NCBI GenBank assembly: GCA_963788195.1
Contig: CAWBGA010000017.1
Span: 640,001 to 704,000, forward strand
Length of the DNA: 64,000 nt
Origin: Nitrospirota bacterium
GTDB lineage: Bacteria > Nitrospirota > Nitrospiria > Nitrospirales > NS-4
Direction of reading: 5' to 3'
The number at the start of each line of letters is the position of its first letter. Positions within the stretch are counted from its first letter, which is position 1. A program made the translations under genes and the position numbers. The notes beneath the pieces were generated by a model, which made no database searches, was not told the DNA's origin, and worked only from the letters and a program-made list of their open reading frames with translations. Of this stretch, positions 51,150-61,142 are shown in pieces.

Positions 51150-51297
51150 AGCAAATGCTGTTCCAGAAAGTTGCAGCAAGAGAATCCTCACTTAACTGCC
51201 TGAAGAATTGGGATCCTGCTTTCCAAGCTGTCGATAAAGGGGCGTTCAGCGGGAATGTGCCTGCCGATATCTTGGCGCGATTGCCCAAACCTCGGCA
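51150..51297 (-). promoter_or_regulatory. Sigma-54 promoter, IHF-like site, paired enhancer palindromes
   Basis: TGGAACAGCATTTGCT (51150-51165); cacttaactgcctgaag (51189-51205); tgccgatatcttggcg (51262-51277); tgcccaaacctcggca (51282-51297). Confidence 0.8.
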
Positions 51298-51370
51298 TGG
51301 GTCGCAGGCTCTGCAAAAGGCAGGGACTAAATGGACAGCGTTGAATTTTTAAAACTTGAAGCCCACCTCG

Positions 51371-51946
51371 CTACTGCGGTGGAGGCGGTGGTGGTGGGTA
51401 TGCTGGTGGCGGAGGTGCCTGCACGGGGACACCCGTTTGCATAATCACTGGCGGCGGCTGATAAACAACAATTGGCTGCCGGTAATTGTGGTATGGGTAA
51501 TAGGATGTGGGCGGCGTGAATGCCGGAAGTTGATTGCCTTTGGCGAACATGCATTGCTCATAGGCGATGTCGTAACGCCGCCGGATATCCCGCTCCGCGG
51601 CTCCTGCCCCTCCCGCTCCGGCGGCCGAACCGACAATCAGGCCCGTTCCAGCACCGATCGCTGCACCCCGTCCACCGCCGAACAATGCTCCGGCGGCGGC
51701 GCCCACCACTGTACCAACAGCCGCCCCTGTTGCCAGATTGGTTGCCCCCGCGGTGTTCACATTAGTTCCCACAGACTGATCCGCATAAACGCGGCAGGCA
51801 CCCTCGTCCGTCACAAATTGCTCAAAGCTCTTTCCAGGACCCGGCATGACGGCAACGTGTGGCCCTTGTGGCACCGTCGCGCAACCAGCCAATACGAGCG
51901 TCAGCAGCAGCGCTACTGTATTCAAAAGTTGGCTGGGCATGGACAA
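51371..51946 (-). CDS. Glycine-zipper lipoprotein with Pro-rich tail
   Basis: LAGC lipobox; GAAVGTVVGAAAGA; RRYDIAYEQCMFAKG. Confidence 0.85.
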   Translation of the reverse strand: MSMPSQLLNTVALLLTLVLAGCATVPQGPHVAVMPGPGKSFEQFVTDEGACRVYADQSVGTNVNTAGATNLATGAAVGTVVGAAAGALFGGGRGAAIGAGTGLIVGSAAGAGGAGAAERDIRRRYDIAYEQCMFAKGNQLPAFTPPTSYYPYHNYRQPIVVYQPPPVIMQTGVPVQAPPPPAYPPPPPPPQ

Positions 51947-51981
51947 CTCCTCTCTTGCGCTCGAACCGATTGCCTCAATGT

Positions 51982-52113
51982 TTAATCCATTGTTCTCTTC
52001 CGTACTCGGAACGCCACCCAGGCTGGAACATCGGCAAGAAGCTCATGAGCCACCCAGCCCTCGACATACCCCTTGCCATTACAGAGAACACACAAGGAAT
52101 GGCGCACAGTGCC
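51982..52113 (-). pseudogene. 5'-truncated copy of the CxxCxGxG small protein
   Basis: Translates GTVRHSLCVLCNGKGYVEGWVAHELLADVPAWVAFRVRKRTMD*; matches the C-terminal part of 41557..41748. Confidence 0.65.
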
Positions 52114-52537
52114 TATCTTCAATATCCGGCCCAAGACCGACTCGCGCCCGCAGGAGATCATGTCGAGTCACGGAGTACGCGACTGTTCCGTTCCGCTCGA
52201 CCGGGAGATTTAAGACATGCTTGTCCTTCATAATCTTGACGGCTTCCGAAATCGTCGTTGATTCGTGGACGGCGATGGGACTTTTGCTCATGATGTCCTC
52301 CGCCCTCAACCTGCTCAAATCTTTTCCCGACTCGATGGCATCCAGCACGTCAATCTCGCTGATGAATCCGACGAACTTCCCCTGGCTATCCACCACCGGC
52401 GCGCCTGACGCATGGGTTGAGAGCATATCAAGAGCGATCGCCAATCCATCCTGCCCTGCGCGAAAGAGCAATACATCGGTTCCATCAATCTGGCCCACAG
52501 TCTTGTATCCTTCTTTTGGTACGCCTGGAATGTTCAT
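52079..52537 (-). CDS. CBS-domain pair protein
   Basis: GAPVVD..G..VGFISEIDVL, AEDIMS..P; AAGGAGG RBS. Confidence 0.85.
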   Translation of the reverse strand: MNIPGVPKEGYKTVGQIDGTDVLLFRAGQDGLAIALDMLSTHASGAPVVDSQGKFVGFISEIDVLDAIESGKDLSRLRAEDIMSKSPIAVHESTTISEAVKIMKDKHVLNLPVERNGTVAYSVTRHDLLRARVGLGPDIEDRHCAPFLVCSL

Positions 52538-52621
52538 GGTCTCCTCCTTCATCTTAGTAACATCCAAATCGACGGGCTTCGGGTTGGAATGTGGTCATAC
52601 TGACTCCATGACTCATACGTG

Positions 52622-53651
52622 TCAGGCAGTTGCCCGGGCAAAGAATGCCTCGATTGCAGCGAGTTCCCTGGGGCTGAGGCGGAACTCGGCCGCCCCGGAC
52701 ACGCCCCGCACTTGGTCGGGCCGCCGCGCGCCGACAATGGCGCCGGTGACGGCCGGGATCGCGCAGCACCCAGGCGACCGCCACTTCGCCCGGCGAGCGC
52801 CCGTGTCGATTGCCGATGGCACGCAGCAGTCTCACGAGTCTCAGGTTGCGGGAGAGCTGCGGCTCGCGGAAGTCGCTATGTCCCTTCCGCCAATCGTCGG
52901 CCGGCAAGGCCGCGATTCGCTCGCGGGTCATCGCGCCCGTCAACAGCCCAGAGGCCATCGGCGAATAGGCGATCACCCCGATGTTCTCCCGGGCGACGAA
53001 CGGCAAGATCTCTTCCTCGATCTCCCGGTGGAGCAGCGAGTACCGCGGCTGGAGCGACGTGATCGGGGCGATCGCCTGGGCCCGCTTCATCTGGGCGACG
53101 TTGAAATTGGACACGCCGATGTTGCGGACCTTGCCCTCCTTCTTGAGCGCGGCCATGGCCGCCCAGCCCTCTTCGATGTCCTCGTCCGGGTCGGGCCAGT
53201 GGATCTGGTACAGGTCAATGGCGTCCACTCGGAGCCGGCGCAGGCTGGCCTCGCACTCCCGCCGGATCGAGTCGGCCTTGAGACTGTGGCCGATCTCCCG
53301 ACGCTCGTCCCAGACCATGCTGCACTTGGTGAAAACATATGGCCGGTCGCGGACCCCTTCGAGCGCCCGCGCGACGACCTCCTCCGAGTGGCCCAGCCCG
53401 TAGACGGCGGCGGTGTCGATCCAGTTGATGCCGGCGTTCAGTGCCTCCCGGATGGCCGCGATGGAGTCCCTGTCGTCCTGGCTCCCCCAGGCGAATTCCC
53501 AGCCGCCGCCGCCGATCGCCCACGCTCCGAAGCCGATCGGGGTAATGTGCAGGTCCGAGGTTCCCAGTTGTCTCGTGTCCATGGATGTTGTCGACGTGGC
53601 TTTTGTGGTTTTCAGCAAGGTCTTTCCCGTCGTGGACTTAGCGGTTGGCAT
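52622..53651 (-). CDS. Aldo/keto reductase; frameshift near 52760
   Basis: GFGAWAIGG, IDTAAVYG, DLYQIHWP, IGVSNF, YSPMASGLL; C-terminus in ORF 52622..52822. Confidence 0.9.
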
Positions 53652-53730
53652 ATCGACTCTCCTTTCCTCGCGTTACCTAGCAGTGAGGTCGGCATCATTT
53701 GTTGCTTGCACCATCATGGCGAAGGACAGC

Positions 53731-53886
53731 GCAAGAATTGTTCCATGACGAGGCTGGCCAACGCCGGGAGCACAAGCTATTGAGAGAACAGGAAGGAAGG
53801 ACTGTGTGAGATGTACGGCCACAGCAGCGTTAAAAGAAGAGGCCCGCCGGCTGCCAAAATATCGGCTTTGTGCTGTTTTATGGGCA
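53731..53886 (-). promoter_or_regulatory. Sigma-54 promoter, IHF-like site, paired enhancer palindromes (aldo/keto reductase operon)
   Basis: TGGAACAATTCTTGC (53731-53745); minus-strand CTCAAtagcTTG; tgccaaaatatcggct (53852-53867); tgctgttttatgggca (53871-53886). Confidence 0.72.
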
Positions 53887-53959
53887 CACTCAAAGGTCTT
53901 GGCAGTATTGAGAAGCGAAATGCGTTTTTTCCCCCCGATTGTTTTCCGTACCAATCTCA

Positions 53960-54078
53960 TATGCGGTCCTACTTTCAGGACGCCCTTTAAAATGTTGATC
54001 AACGCCTGCCCTGAAAACGGCTTTCCTAGGAAGGCCACAGCTCCAAGATCAAAAGCCTGTTGACGTTTACGCTCGTCA
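53960..54078 (-). pseudogene. Receiver-domain C-terminal remnant
   Basis: QQAFDLGAVAFLGKPFSGQALINIL matches the A...GA..FL.KPF end of CheY-like receivers; no N-terminal half. Confidence 0.55.
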
Positions 54079-54115
54079 GGACCCACACTGGAGCGATGGG
54101 CTCTGCGCGCCACTA

Positions 54116-54727
54116 TCAGGAATATCGGGAGAGCCGTGAAGCTCTCCCGATAGATTCCGTGAACTTTGGAAAATCAGCCGCCGGTTTCCCGACAAGCTTC
54201 TTTGCCGGCTGGATGGATATCGCCTGGCCGTCCGGCGTCATTTCCAGTTTTACATGATCGCCCATTCTGACCGGACTGTTCCCCTTGGCATCGCCCCCGA
54301 TCCGGAAGGTGATCTCTCTTCCTGACGCATCTGTCAGCATGTAATGCTCACCATCAATTCTGAAGAGGTCACCGTACAACGTGTAGCCGGGTGAAGATTC
54401 TTTAACAAACTCAGCAAAACGGTCCGGGGTTTCCCTAAACTCAACCCATTGTCCGATTTCCAGATCCTTATCGATATTGCTCGCGCCGCTCACCCGAATC
54501 TGCATCTGGCTTCCTGGATAAGTCTCAACCGTCCAGTACCGCCCATCTTTCGAGATCAACTGTCCTTTGAGCGTCTCGTCTTCCGTGCCAGGTTGTACTT
54601 GGTTTTGACTTTGCTGTTGATCCTGCTGAGCAGCCGAATCCTTGGCGGCATACAACACTGAAACCGCAGAAATCGTTAATGCTATTGCGAGCAGCGCTGA
54701 ACCACTCCATGATCCAAATCCTTTCAT
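54116..54727 (-). CDS. Secreted protein with two OB-fold-like repeats
   Basis: Signal peptide; two repeats of TL.G.L...DG..........G....(I)R.......L..G..V. Confidence 0.7.
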   Translation of the reverse strand: MKGFGSWSGSALLAIALTISAVSVLYAAKDSAAQQDQQQSQNQVQPGTEDETLKGQLISKDGRYWTVETYPGSQMQIRVSGASNIDKDLEIGQWVEFRETPDRFAEFVKESSPGYTLYGDLFRIDGEHYMLTDASGREITFRIGGDAKGNSPVRMGDHVKLEMTPDGQAISIQPAKKLVGKPAADFPKFTESIGRASRLSRYS

Positions 54728-54843
54728 ATCGCACCTCCTTTTGAATTGTGATATTTGACCCTCGCACTCCTTGCCACGTAACGCATGGACGATGGGGCCT
54801 GCAGCGTGTCGACCAAGATCTCCGCCACGGTTTTCTTGCTCAT
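54724..54843 (-). pseudogene. 39-codon ORF whose first 16 aa resemble a pyruvate oxidase/PoxB N-terminus
   Basis: AAAGGAGGT RBS; MSKKTVAEILVDTLQA then unrelated sequence; similarity judged from memory. Confidence 0.45.
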
Positions 54844-54912
54844 CTGTGACCTCCTTTCACCTTATTGCCCGGCATCCATTGAGCCTCGCGTAACGATGCT
54901 GATGATTGGTGG

Positions 54913-55082
54913 AGCAATACCCGTTCCAACTTGGAGCGCAGACATGCTGGCCTGGAAAACTAAGAATATTCCCAACCAAACCGAGACTTAACTGCTTGAA
55001 GAAGTGAGATGAGGATCGTTACGACCGGCGCGTCGTGGTGAACCTGCATGCCGATATCTGGGCGTGTGCCCAGATGTTGGCA
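54913..55082 (-). promoter_or_regulatory. Sigma-54 promoter, IHF-like site, paired enhancer palindromes
   Basis: TGGAACGGGTATTGCT (54913-54928); gacttaactgcttgaag (54985-55001); tgccgatatctgggcg (55049-55064); tgcccagatgttggca (55067-55082). Confidence 0.8.
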
Positions 55083-55234
55083 AGTGGAGGAAACCGTTTG
55101 TTTGTGAGATTGAGTAAAAAATAAGAGTTTGCTGCGGTAGTGGGATTAGGATCGCGTCGTTTTCTCCGGCGACGCTTCGGTAGACAACACCGCGCTACCC
55201 GTTCCCGCTCACTTCTTTGCTCCGTCAGTTTCCG

Positions 55235-56332
55235 TCAGCCGTTCGTAGCCGCGGTCTCCCTCGACGTGATCTCGTACTTGAAGCTGTCCGGATCAAGGCT
55301 GTCGAGCCGGCCGTCGGCCGTTTCCGCCTGAGGATACATGAAGAAGCCGACTGGTTCGCCTTTCGATCCAGGCAGGGCGACATCGTGCGCGAAGTTGTAT
55401 GCCATCCAGTTCATTTCCCAGGACCCGAATAGCCGCGCGCGGGCATTCTTCACCATGAGGTCCTCCAGCGGACGATTTCCGGGCGGTTCCTCGAGCACGA
55501 CCTTCCGCACGTCCGCGGGATCGACAGGGACCCAGCCGTAGCCGGTGAGATACACCTCAGCGCGGCAGTGCTGTGATTTCGTCACGTTCTCCGACGAGGC
55601 GCCGAGGCTCTTGTATCCCTCCTCAGACTTGGCAATGCGGATGCCATATACGTCGCGCGCTGGAATACCCACCGCGCGCGCAAGGCCAACGTAGAGCGCA
55701 TTGAGATCGGCGCATTTGCCACCCAGATCCCTGGACTCCAGCATGAAGCGGATGTCACCGAGGCCGCAGCCGCGCGTTTTCGGATTCCGAAAGGTGTTGT
55801 CGACGATCCACTCGTAGATCGCTCGCGCCTTCTCGACATCTGTCTTCGCGCCGCTCGTGATCTCGGTCGCCGTCGCTTTCACAATGCCGTCGGTCGGCAG
55901 GAGCTTCGTCGGCCGCAGAAAATGCTCCAACTCCGCACGGTCCCCTTTCAGGGCCTTGGGTGCGGAGAGATCGACCGCATGGTTCTTTGTCGCGATCCGG
56001 CTCGTCAGCGTGAGCACCGGCCGCACGCCGGGCGGAAATTTCGCGGAAACGATTCCAAGCCCTTCCGCCTTGCTTTCAACAATCTCCGCGATACCGCCCT
56101 CGGCGCTGAACCTATTAGCGAGCGTCACCTGGTAGGGCGTCTTACTGATGAGCGCCGCCGGCAGCCATACCAACGTCGTCCCGGAGGGTTTCAGGACTTC
56201 GACGCGCACCATCACTTCGAACGTGCGCCAACTGCCAGGCGTTCCGCCCTGTGCAAACAGGCGCCCCGTCTTCGGGAACGCGAGTGTGGCGGAGAGAACG
56301 CCCGCCCATCGTAGAAAATCGCGACGGTTCAT
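55235..56332 (-). CDS. Tat-exported transglutaminase-like cysteine protease family protein
   Basis: MNRRDFL twin-arginine leader; GKCADLN, QHCRAE, WVPVDP (Cys-His-Asp triad). Confidence 0.88.
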   Translation of the reverse strand: MNRRDFLRWAGVLSATLAFPKTGRLFAQGGTPGSWRTFEVMVRVEVLKPSGTTLVWLPAALISKTPYQVTLANRFSAEGGIAEIVESKAEGLGIVSAKFPPGVRPVLTLTSRIATKNHAVDLSAPKALKGDRAELEHFLRPTKLLPTDGIVKATATEITSGAKTDVEKARAIYEWIVDNTFRNPKTRGCGLGDIRFMLESRDLGGKCADLNALYVGLARAVGIPARDVYGIRIAKSEEGYKSLGASSENVTKSQHCRAEVYLTGYGWVPVDPADVRKVVLEEPPGNRPLEDLMVKNARARLFGSWEMNWMAYNFAHDVALPGSKGEPVGFFMYPQAETADGRLDSLDPDSFKYEITSRETAATNG

Positions 56333-56468
56333 ACACTTACCCTTTCGACCAGATTCTGTTTTCTCTTCTCTGCCGACCGATATCGACTCTTGCAGTTCCA
56401 GCGAAACCTCCGCCTGATGCGTCACAAGATTGCGTGAGCCTCAATGCTATCGGTGACAGTGCCGCCCG

Positions 56469-57560
56469 CTACTGGATCTCCATCGCCATCCGTTTAACAG
56501 CCGGTTGTAGATCCAGCCCGTAATCCACGGTAATGCGCGTCTTCCCGGCCTGCATCTGGCCGATCACCGCGGCGCTGGCGAATCCCTCATCGCGAAATGA
56601 TGACAGCACCAAGGCGACCGCCTGCGGCGCACAGGCGACCAGCAATCCGCCGCTCGTCTGCGGATCGCACAGGAGCGCCTGCTGCCAGGGCGCGAGATCG
56701 TCCGGCAGCTGCACGTCATGGCCGTAGCTTGCCCAGTTGCGCGCGGCGGCACCGGTGTTGTAACCCTGTTGCGCGAGCGACAGCGCCGCCGGGAGGACCG
56801 GCAGCGACTCGAACGCGACGCGCGCCCCGAGCCGCGAGCCGCGGCAGATCTCGGCGAGATGGCCGAGCAGACCGAAGCCGGTGACATCGGTCATCGCGTG
56901 CACCCCCGCGATCTCCGGCAGACGCTGGCCGACGGCGTTGAGCTGGGTGGTGCTGGCCAGCATCTGCCGGTATCCCTCCTCGGTTAGCGCAGTTTTCTTG
57001 AGCGCGGCGCTGAGAATCCCGATGCCCAGTGCCTTGCCGAGCACGATGGCGTCACCGGCGCGCGCGGTGCTGTTGCGTGTGACGCGCTCCGGGTGAATCA
57101 CCCCGAGCGCAACCAGGCCGTAAATCGGCTCGACCGAATCGATCGAGTGGCCGCCGGCGATGGGAATGCCTGCGGCCTGGCACACCGAAATCCCGCCGGC
57201 GAGAATGTCCTGAATCACGTTCACCGGCAGCTTGTCCAGCGGCATGCCGACGATGGCGAGGGCGAAGATTGGACGCGCGCCCATGGCGTAAATGTCGGAC
57301 AGTGCGTTGGTCGCGGCGATGCGCCCGAAATCGTACGGGTCGTCCACGATCGGCATGAAAAAATCGGTGGTGGCAACGACCGCCTGCTCGTCGTTCAGGC
57401 GATACACGGCGGCATCGTCGCTGGTCTCAATACCCACCAGCAGCGCTGGATCGAGCAGCGGGCGCGGGACCTTGGCGAGGATATCCGTAAGCGCGGCGGG
57501 CGCGATCTTGCAGCCGCATCCACCACCCTGCGTTAAAGTGGTCAATCGAACGTCTGACAT
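56469..57560 (-). CDS. selD: Selenide, water dikinase SelD (Cys-type)
   Basis: GGGCGCK, DDAAVY, TTDFF, GGHSID, DVTGFGLLGH, DPQTSGGLL. Confidence 0.96.
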   Translation of the reverse strand: MSDVRLTTLTQGGGCGCKIAPAALTDILAKVPRPLLDPALLVGIETSDDAAVYRLNDEQAVVATTDFFMPIVDDPYDFGRIAATNALSDIYAMGARPIFALAIVGMPLDKLPVNVIQDILAGGISVCQAAGIPIAGGHSIDSVEPIYGLVALGVIHPERVTRNSTARAGDAIVLGKALGIGILSAALKKTALTEEGYRQMLASTTQLNAVGQRLPEIAGVHAMTDVTGFGLLGHLAEICRGSRLGARVAFESLPVLPAALSLAQQGYNTGAAARNWASYGHDVQLPDDLAPWQQALLCDPQTSGGLLVACAPQAVALVLSSFRDEGFASAAVIGQMQAGKTRITVDYGLDLQPAVKRMAMEIQ

Positions 57561-57578
57561 GGCGCACCTCTATGAAAT

Positions 57579-57675
57579 TGGCGGAAGAGAGTGGGAGTCG
57601 AACCCACCTAGGACCGGCTGACGGCCCTTACCAGATTTGAAGTCTGGCCGCTCCACCGGGGTGCGAGTCTCTTCC
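57579..57675 (-). tRNA. selC: tRNA-Sec (UCA)
   Basis: GGAAGAGA...CCAGAC-TTCAAA-TCTGG...long variable arm...GGTTCGACTCC...TCTCTTCC-GCCA; 8-bp acceptor stem, anticodon at 57638-57640, encoded CCA. Confidence 0.96.
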
Positions 57676-59637
57676 GGAAACCTGTGCCTCACGCCGACTG
57701 CTATCGCTGCCGGCGTTCCTCTTGATGCCTTCCACCACCAGGGTCGGGTCGCGCACGCGGTGGGCGTCGCCGACCCGGCGTGTGAACCCGGTCTTGTCGA
57801 AATACTCGAGGATCCGGATCGCGATCTTGCGACCCGTTCCGATGTGGTCACGGAACTCCGACGCCGTCACCTCGCCCTTTTCCCCCGCGAGTTTCGAGAC
57901 AATGCGCACGAGTTCGGCGATCGCCTCGCTCGTGAAGAAACGGTCGCGCATAACCTCGTAGGTATCACCGAGGATCGTCACGCGCTGTAACAGACTGCGC
58001 ACCTGCGGCTCGGCCGCTGTGAGCGCCCGCGCGATGTCGCGCACCCACGGCGGCTGAAACGGCGTGGCCTGAAGCAACGGCGCCACTGCCCGCCAGAGCT
58101 TCTCTTCGCTGGCAGTGAGGGTAATGCGATGCTCCGGCAGATGCAGCCACGGGCCGTGGCGCGCCACACGCTGTCCGGCCAGCAACTGATCGATCAACGC
58201 AGTGAACATCTCCCAGGGGAGATCCGGAGTCGCCACCCGGCGCAAGCGCCGGCCTTCGAGGCCGAGCAGCTCCGGGGCACGAGCGTGTTCGGCCGCGAGC
58301 GCCGCCAGCACTTTCTGCTGCGTCGTCTCCCAGTGCAGCGGCGCAAAACCAAAGCGGCCGGCGCCGGCGATGTTGACCACCACCATGGAGGTCTCGCGAT
58401 ACAGCGTCTCGGCAGCCTCGTCGCGCAGATTGAAACTGCGCGCGAACCGTGACAGATCGACACCCGCCGGCGCGACGCTGAGCAGCTGCCGCAACACATC
58501 GGCCATTGTGGGACGCTCCAGTGCCGCGAGCACCGCCAGGCGCGCGGGGGTACGCACCTTACGCGCCGGAGCAAACGGATCGAGCACCACCCCGCCCGCG
58601 AGCGTCTGCTGGGCCGACTGGTCGCGCAAGATAAAGCGGTCGCCGTGCAACGCGCCGATGGGTCGATCGAGCACGATCTGTGCGCGGCCACTGCCGCCCG
58701 GCTCGATCCCCGTGGCTTGCAGCAGCGAGACGCGGCCCATCGCCTCCGCGGCGCCCAGATGTACATGCACCGGGGTCCAGTGCTGGAGCGCCCGCGCCGC
58801 GGACGGCGCAAGCTTGAGAGACGCGTCGAAGCGCGCGGTCGGTGCGTGCACGGCGGACTCTAATACCCAATCACCGCGCGCGATATCCTTCTTCTCGACG
58901 CCGACGAGACTGAGCGCGCAGCGCTGGCCCGCCACGCCGCGCTTGGCCGAGCGGTTTTGCGCGTGGATGCTGCGCACCCGCACTTCCCAGCCGGGTGGCG
59001 ACACCAGCAAGTGGTCGCCCACAGCCACGCTTCCGGAAAACACCGTCCCGGTTACCACCGTGCCGCTGCCGGAAATCGTGAAGCAACGGTCCACGGCGAG
59101 ACGAAAGCAGCCATCCGCCGCGCCTGCCGGAGGCGGTGACACCGCTATGGCCTCGAGATGCGCGCGCAGCGCCGGCACGCCATCGCCGGTAATGCTCGAC
59201 AGTGCAAACACGGGACTGCCGGCAAGCGCCGTGCCGCGGAGCGAGGCCTCGATCTCCGCCCGCGCCGCGGCCACGCGCGGCGACTCCACGCGGTCGATCT
59301 TGGTGAGCGCCACCGCGCCGTGCTTCACACCGAGCAGATCGATGATCTCCAAGTGCTCGCGCGTCTGCGGCATGACGCCGTCGTCCGCCGCCACCACCAG
59401 TAGCACGAAGTCGATGCCGGTCGCGCCGGCGAGCATGTTGTGCACCAAGCGCTCGTGCCCCGGCACGTCGATGAAGCCGAGCACCGCGCTGTCGGCCAAT
59501 GGATAGAAGGCGTAGCCGAGGTCGATGGTGATGCCGCGCGCTTTTTCTTCCGGCAGGCGATCGGCGTCCATGCCGGTGAGCGCCTTGATGAGCGCGGTCT
59601 TGCCGTGGTCGATATGGCCCGCGGTGCCAACGATCAT
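57628..59637 (-). CDS. selB: Selenocysteine-specific elongation factor SelB
   Basis: [29 protein letters not shown]-terminal winged helix [17 protein letters not shown] overlap with selA stop. Confidence 0.96.
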   Translation of the reverse strand: MIVGTAGHIDHGKTALIKALTGMDADRLPEEKARGITIDLGYAFYPLADSAVLGFIDVPGHERLVHNMLAGATGIDFVLLVVAADDGVMPQTREHLEIIDLLGVKHGAVALTKIDRVESPRVAAARAEIEASLRGTALAGSPVFALSSITGDGVPALRAHLEAIAVSPPPAGAADGCFRLAVDRCFTISGSGTVVTGTVFSGSVAVGDHLLVSPPGWEVRVRSIHAQNRSAKRGVAGQRCALSLVGVEKKDIARGDWVLESAVHAPTARFDASLKLAPSAARALQHWTPVHVHLGAAEAMGRVSLLQATGIEPGGSGRAQIVLDRPIGALHGDRFILRDQSAQQTLAGGVVLDPFAPARKVRTPARLAVLAALERPTMADVLRQLLSVAPAGVDLSRFARSFNLRDEAAETLYRETSMVVVNIAGAGRFGFAPLHWETTQQKVLAALAAEHARAPELLGLEGRRLRRVATPDLPWEMFTALIDQLLAGQRVARHGPWLHLPEHRITLTASEEKLWRAVAPLLQATPFQPPWVRDIARALTAAEPQVRSLLQRVTILGDTYEVMRDRFFTSEAIAELVRIVSKLAGEKGEVTASEFRDHIGTGRKIAIRILEYFDKTGFTRRVGDAHRVRDPTLVVEGIKRNAGSDSSRREAQVSGRDSHPGGAARLQIW

Positions 59638-61076
59638 GATCCACTCCTGCCGGCGTCGAGCCGGAGCTGCGCCAGCTGATCGACGAACTCGCGTTCGTTC
59701 TCCAGGCAGCGCAGATCGAACTTGAGCGCGCCATCGGAAATGGTCCCGATCACCGGGATGGGAAGCGCGCGGAACGCGGCCGCCAAGTGCCTGAGGGCGG
59801 TGCCCTCGCCGCGCCCGCGCTTGAGCGGCGCGAGCGCGAGCGCCGTACTCGGCAGCAGCTCCACCGGCAGCGCGCCACTGCCGATCTGGCTGTGGCACGG
59901 CACGACATTCACCTGCGCCGCATTGCGTACCGCTTGCACCACCGCGGGCTCGACACGCCGGCACAGTGCCTCGATGTCGGCCGCCTGGCGCGTGAGCAGC
60001 CGCAACGTCGGCAGACGCTGCGCGAGCTTCTCGGGCTGACGATAGAGCTTGAGCACCGCCTCGAGTGCGGCGAGCGTCATCTTGTCCACACGCAGGGCAC
60101 GCTTGAGGTGGTTGCGTTTGATTTTTTTCACGAGCTCGGCGCGCCCGACGATGATGCCGGCCTGCGGCCCGCCGAGGAGCTTGTCGCCGCTGAAGGTCAC
60201 GAGATCGGCGCCGTGCGCCAACGTCTCCTGCGGGGTCGGTTCTTTCGGCAATCCATATTGGCTTAGATCCACCAGCGCGCCGCTGCCCAGGTCCACCACG
60301 AATGGCAGCCCCCGAGCGTGCGCAAGCGCCGCGAGTTCCTTCTCGGGCACCATCGCGGTGAAACCCTGGATCACGTAGTTGCTGGCGTGCACCTTCATGA
60401 GCAGCGCACTGCGCGCGCCGATGGCCTGCTCGAAATCGGCGAGATGGGTGCGATTGGTGGTGCCGACCTCGCGCAGGCGGCAGCCCGCGTGCGCCATGAT
60501 TGCGGGGATGCGGAACGATCCGCCGATTTCGATGAGCTCGCCGCGCGAGACGATCACCTCCTTGCGCGCCGCGAGCGTAGCGAGCACCAGCAATACGGCG
60601 GCGGCGTTGTTGTTCACCACCGTGGCGGCCTCAGCGCCGGTGAGTTCGGCAAGCAGGGCTTCGACATGGCTGTCGCGGTCGCCACGCGCGCCGGGGGCGA
60701 GGTCGTACTCGAGATTGCACGGCTGCGTCATGACCGCCTGCACAGCGTCGACGGCCTCCGCCGGCAACAGGGCGCGCCCGAGACTGGTGTGCAGCACTGT
60801 GCCGGTGAGGTTGAACACGCGCCGCAGCGAGGGCTGAAACGCGGCCTCGAGGCGAGCCTGGAGGTGTCGCGTGAGAGACGGCGCTTGCCCTGCTTCCGCG
60901 GGCAGCGCGGCACCCTCCAGCATGGCCTGGCGCATTTCGGAGAGCAGGGAACGGATGGCGTGGACCACGGCGGTGTGGCTATACTGTGCGGCCAGTGCCT
61001 GCACCGCAGGGATCTGGAGCACACGATCGACTGCCGGCAATACAGCAGCTAGGTGCGGATTCTGCGCTTGGACCAA
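59634..61076 (-). CDS. selA: L-seryl-tRNA(Sec) selenium transferase SelA
   Basis: [36 protein letters not shown]; exact start uncertain. Confidence 0.96.
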   Translation of the reverse strand: MVQAQNPHLAAVLPAVDRVLQIPAVQALAAQYSHTAVVHAIRSLLSEMRQAMLEGAALPAEAGQAPSLTRHLQARLEAAFQPSLRRVFNLTGTVLHTSLGRALLPAEAVDAVQAVMTQPCNLEYDLAPGARGDRDSHVEALLAELTGAEAATVVNNNAAAVLLVLATLAARKEVIVSRGELIEIGGSFRIPAIMAHAGCRLREVGTTNRTHLADFEQAIGARSALLMKVHASNYVIQGFTAMVPEKELAALAHARGLPFVVDLGSGALVDLSQYGLPKEPTPQETLAHGADLVTFSGDKLLGGPQAGIIVGRAELVKKIKRNHLKRALRVDKMTLAALEAVLKLYRQPEKLAQRLPTLRLLTRQAADIEALCRRVEPAVVQAVRNAAQVNVVPCHSQIGSGALPVELLPSTALALAPLKRGRGEGTALRHLAAAFRALPIPVIGTISDGALKFDLRCLENEREFVDQLAQLRLDAGRSGS

Positions 61077-61142
61077 GGACGGTTTCCGCCTATAGCGTGA
61101 ATACTCACGCGTCTACAATGGTTTGCCGAGCTTCACTTCCTC

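Noticed and set aside
51846..53783. 645-aa + strand ORF
   Set aside because: Antisense to the CBS and aldo/keto reductase genes; no recognisable domain.
56469..57560. SelD as a selenoprotein
   Set aside because: The active-site motif reads GGGCGCK with Cys codons; no in-frame TGA. No other in-window TGA read-through candidate was convincing.
59638..59964. Long N-terminal extension of SelB in the ORF track
   Set aside because: Overlaps selA in another frame; the canonical MIVGTAGH start at 59637 is ATGA-coupled to the selA stop.
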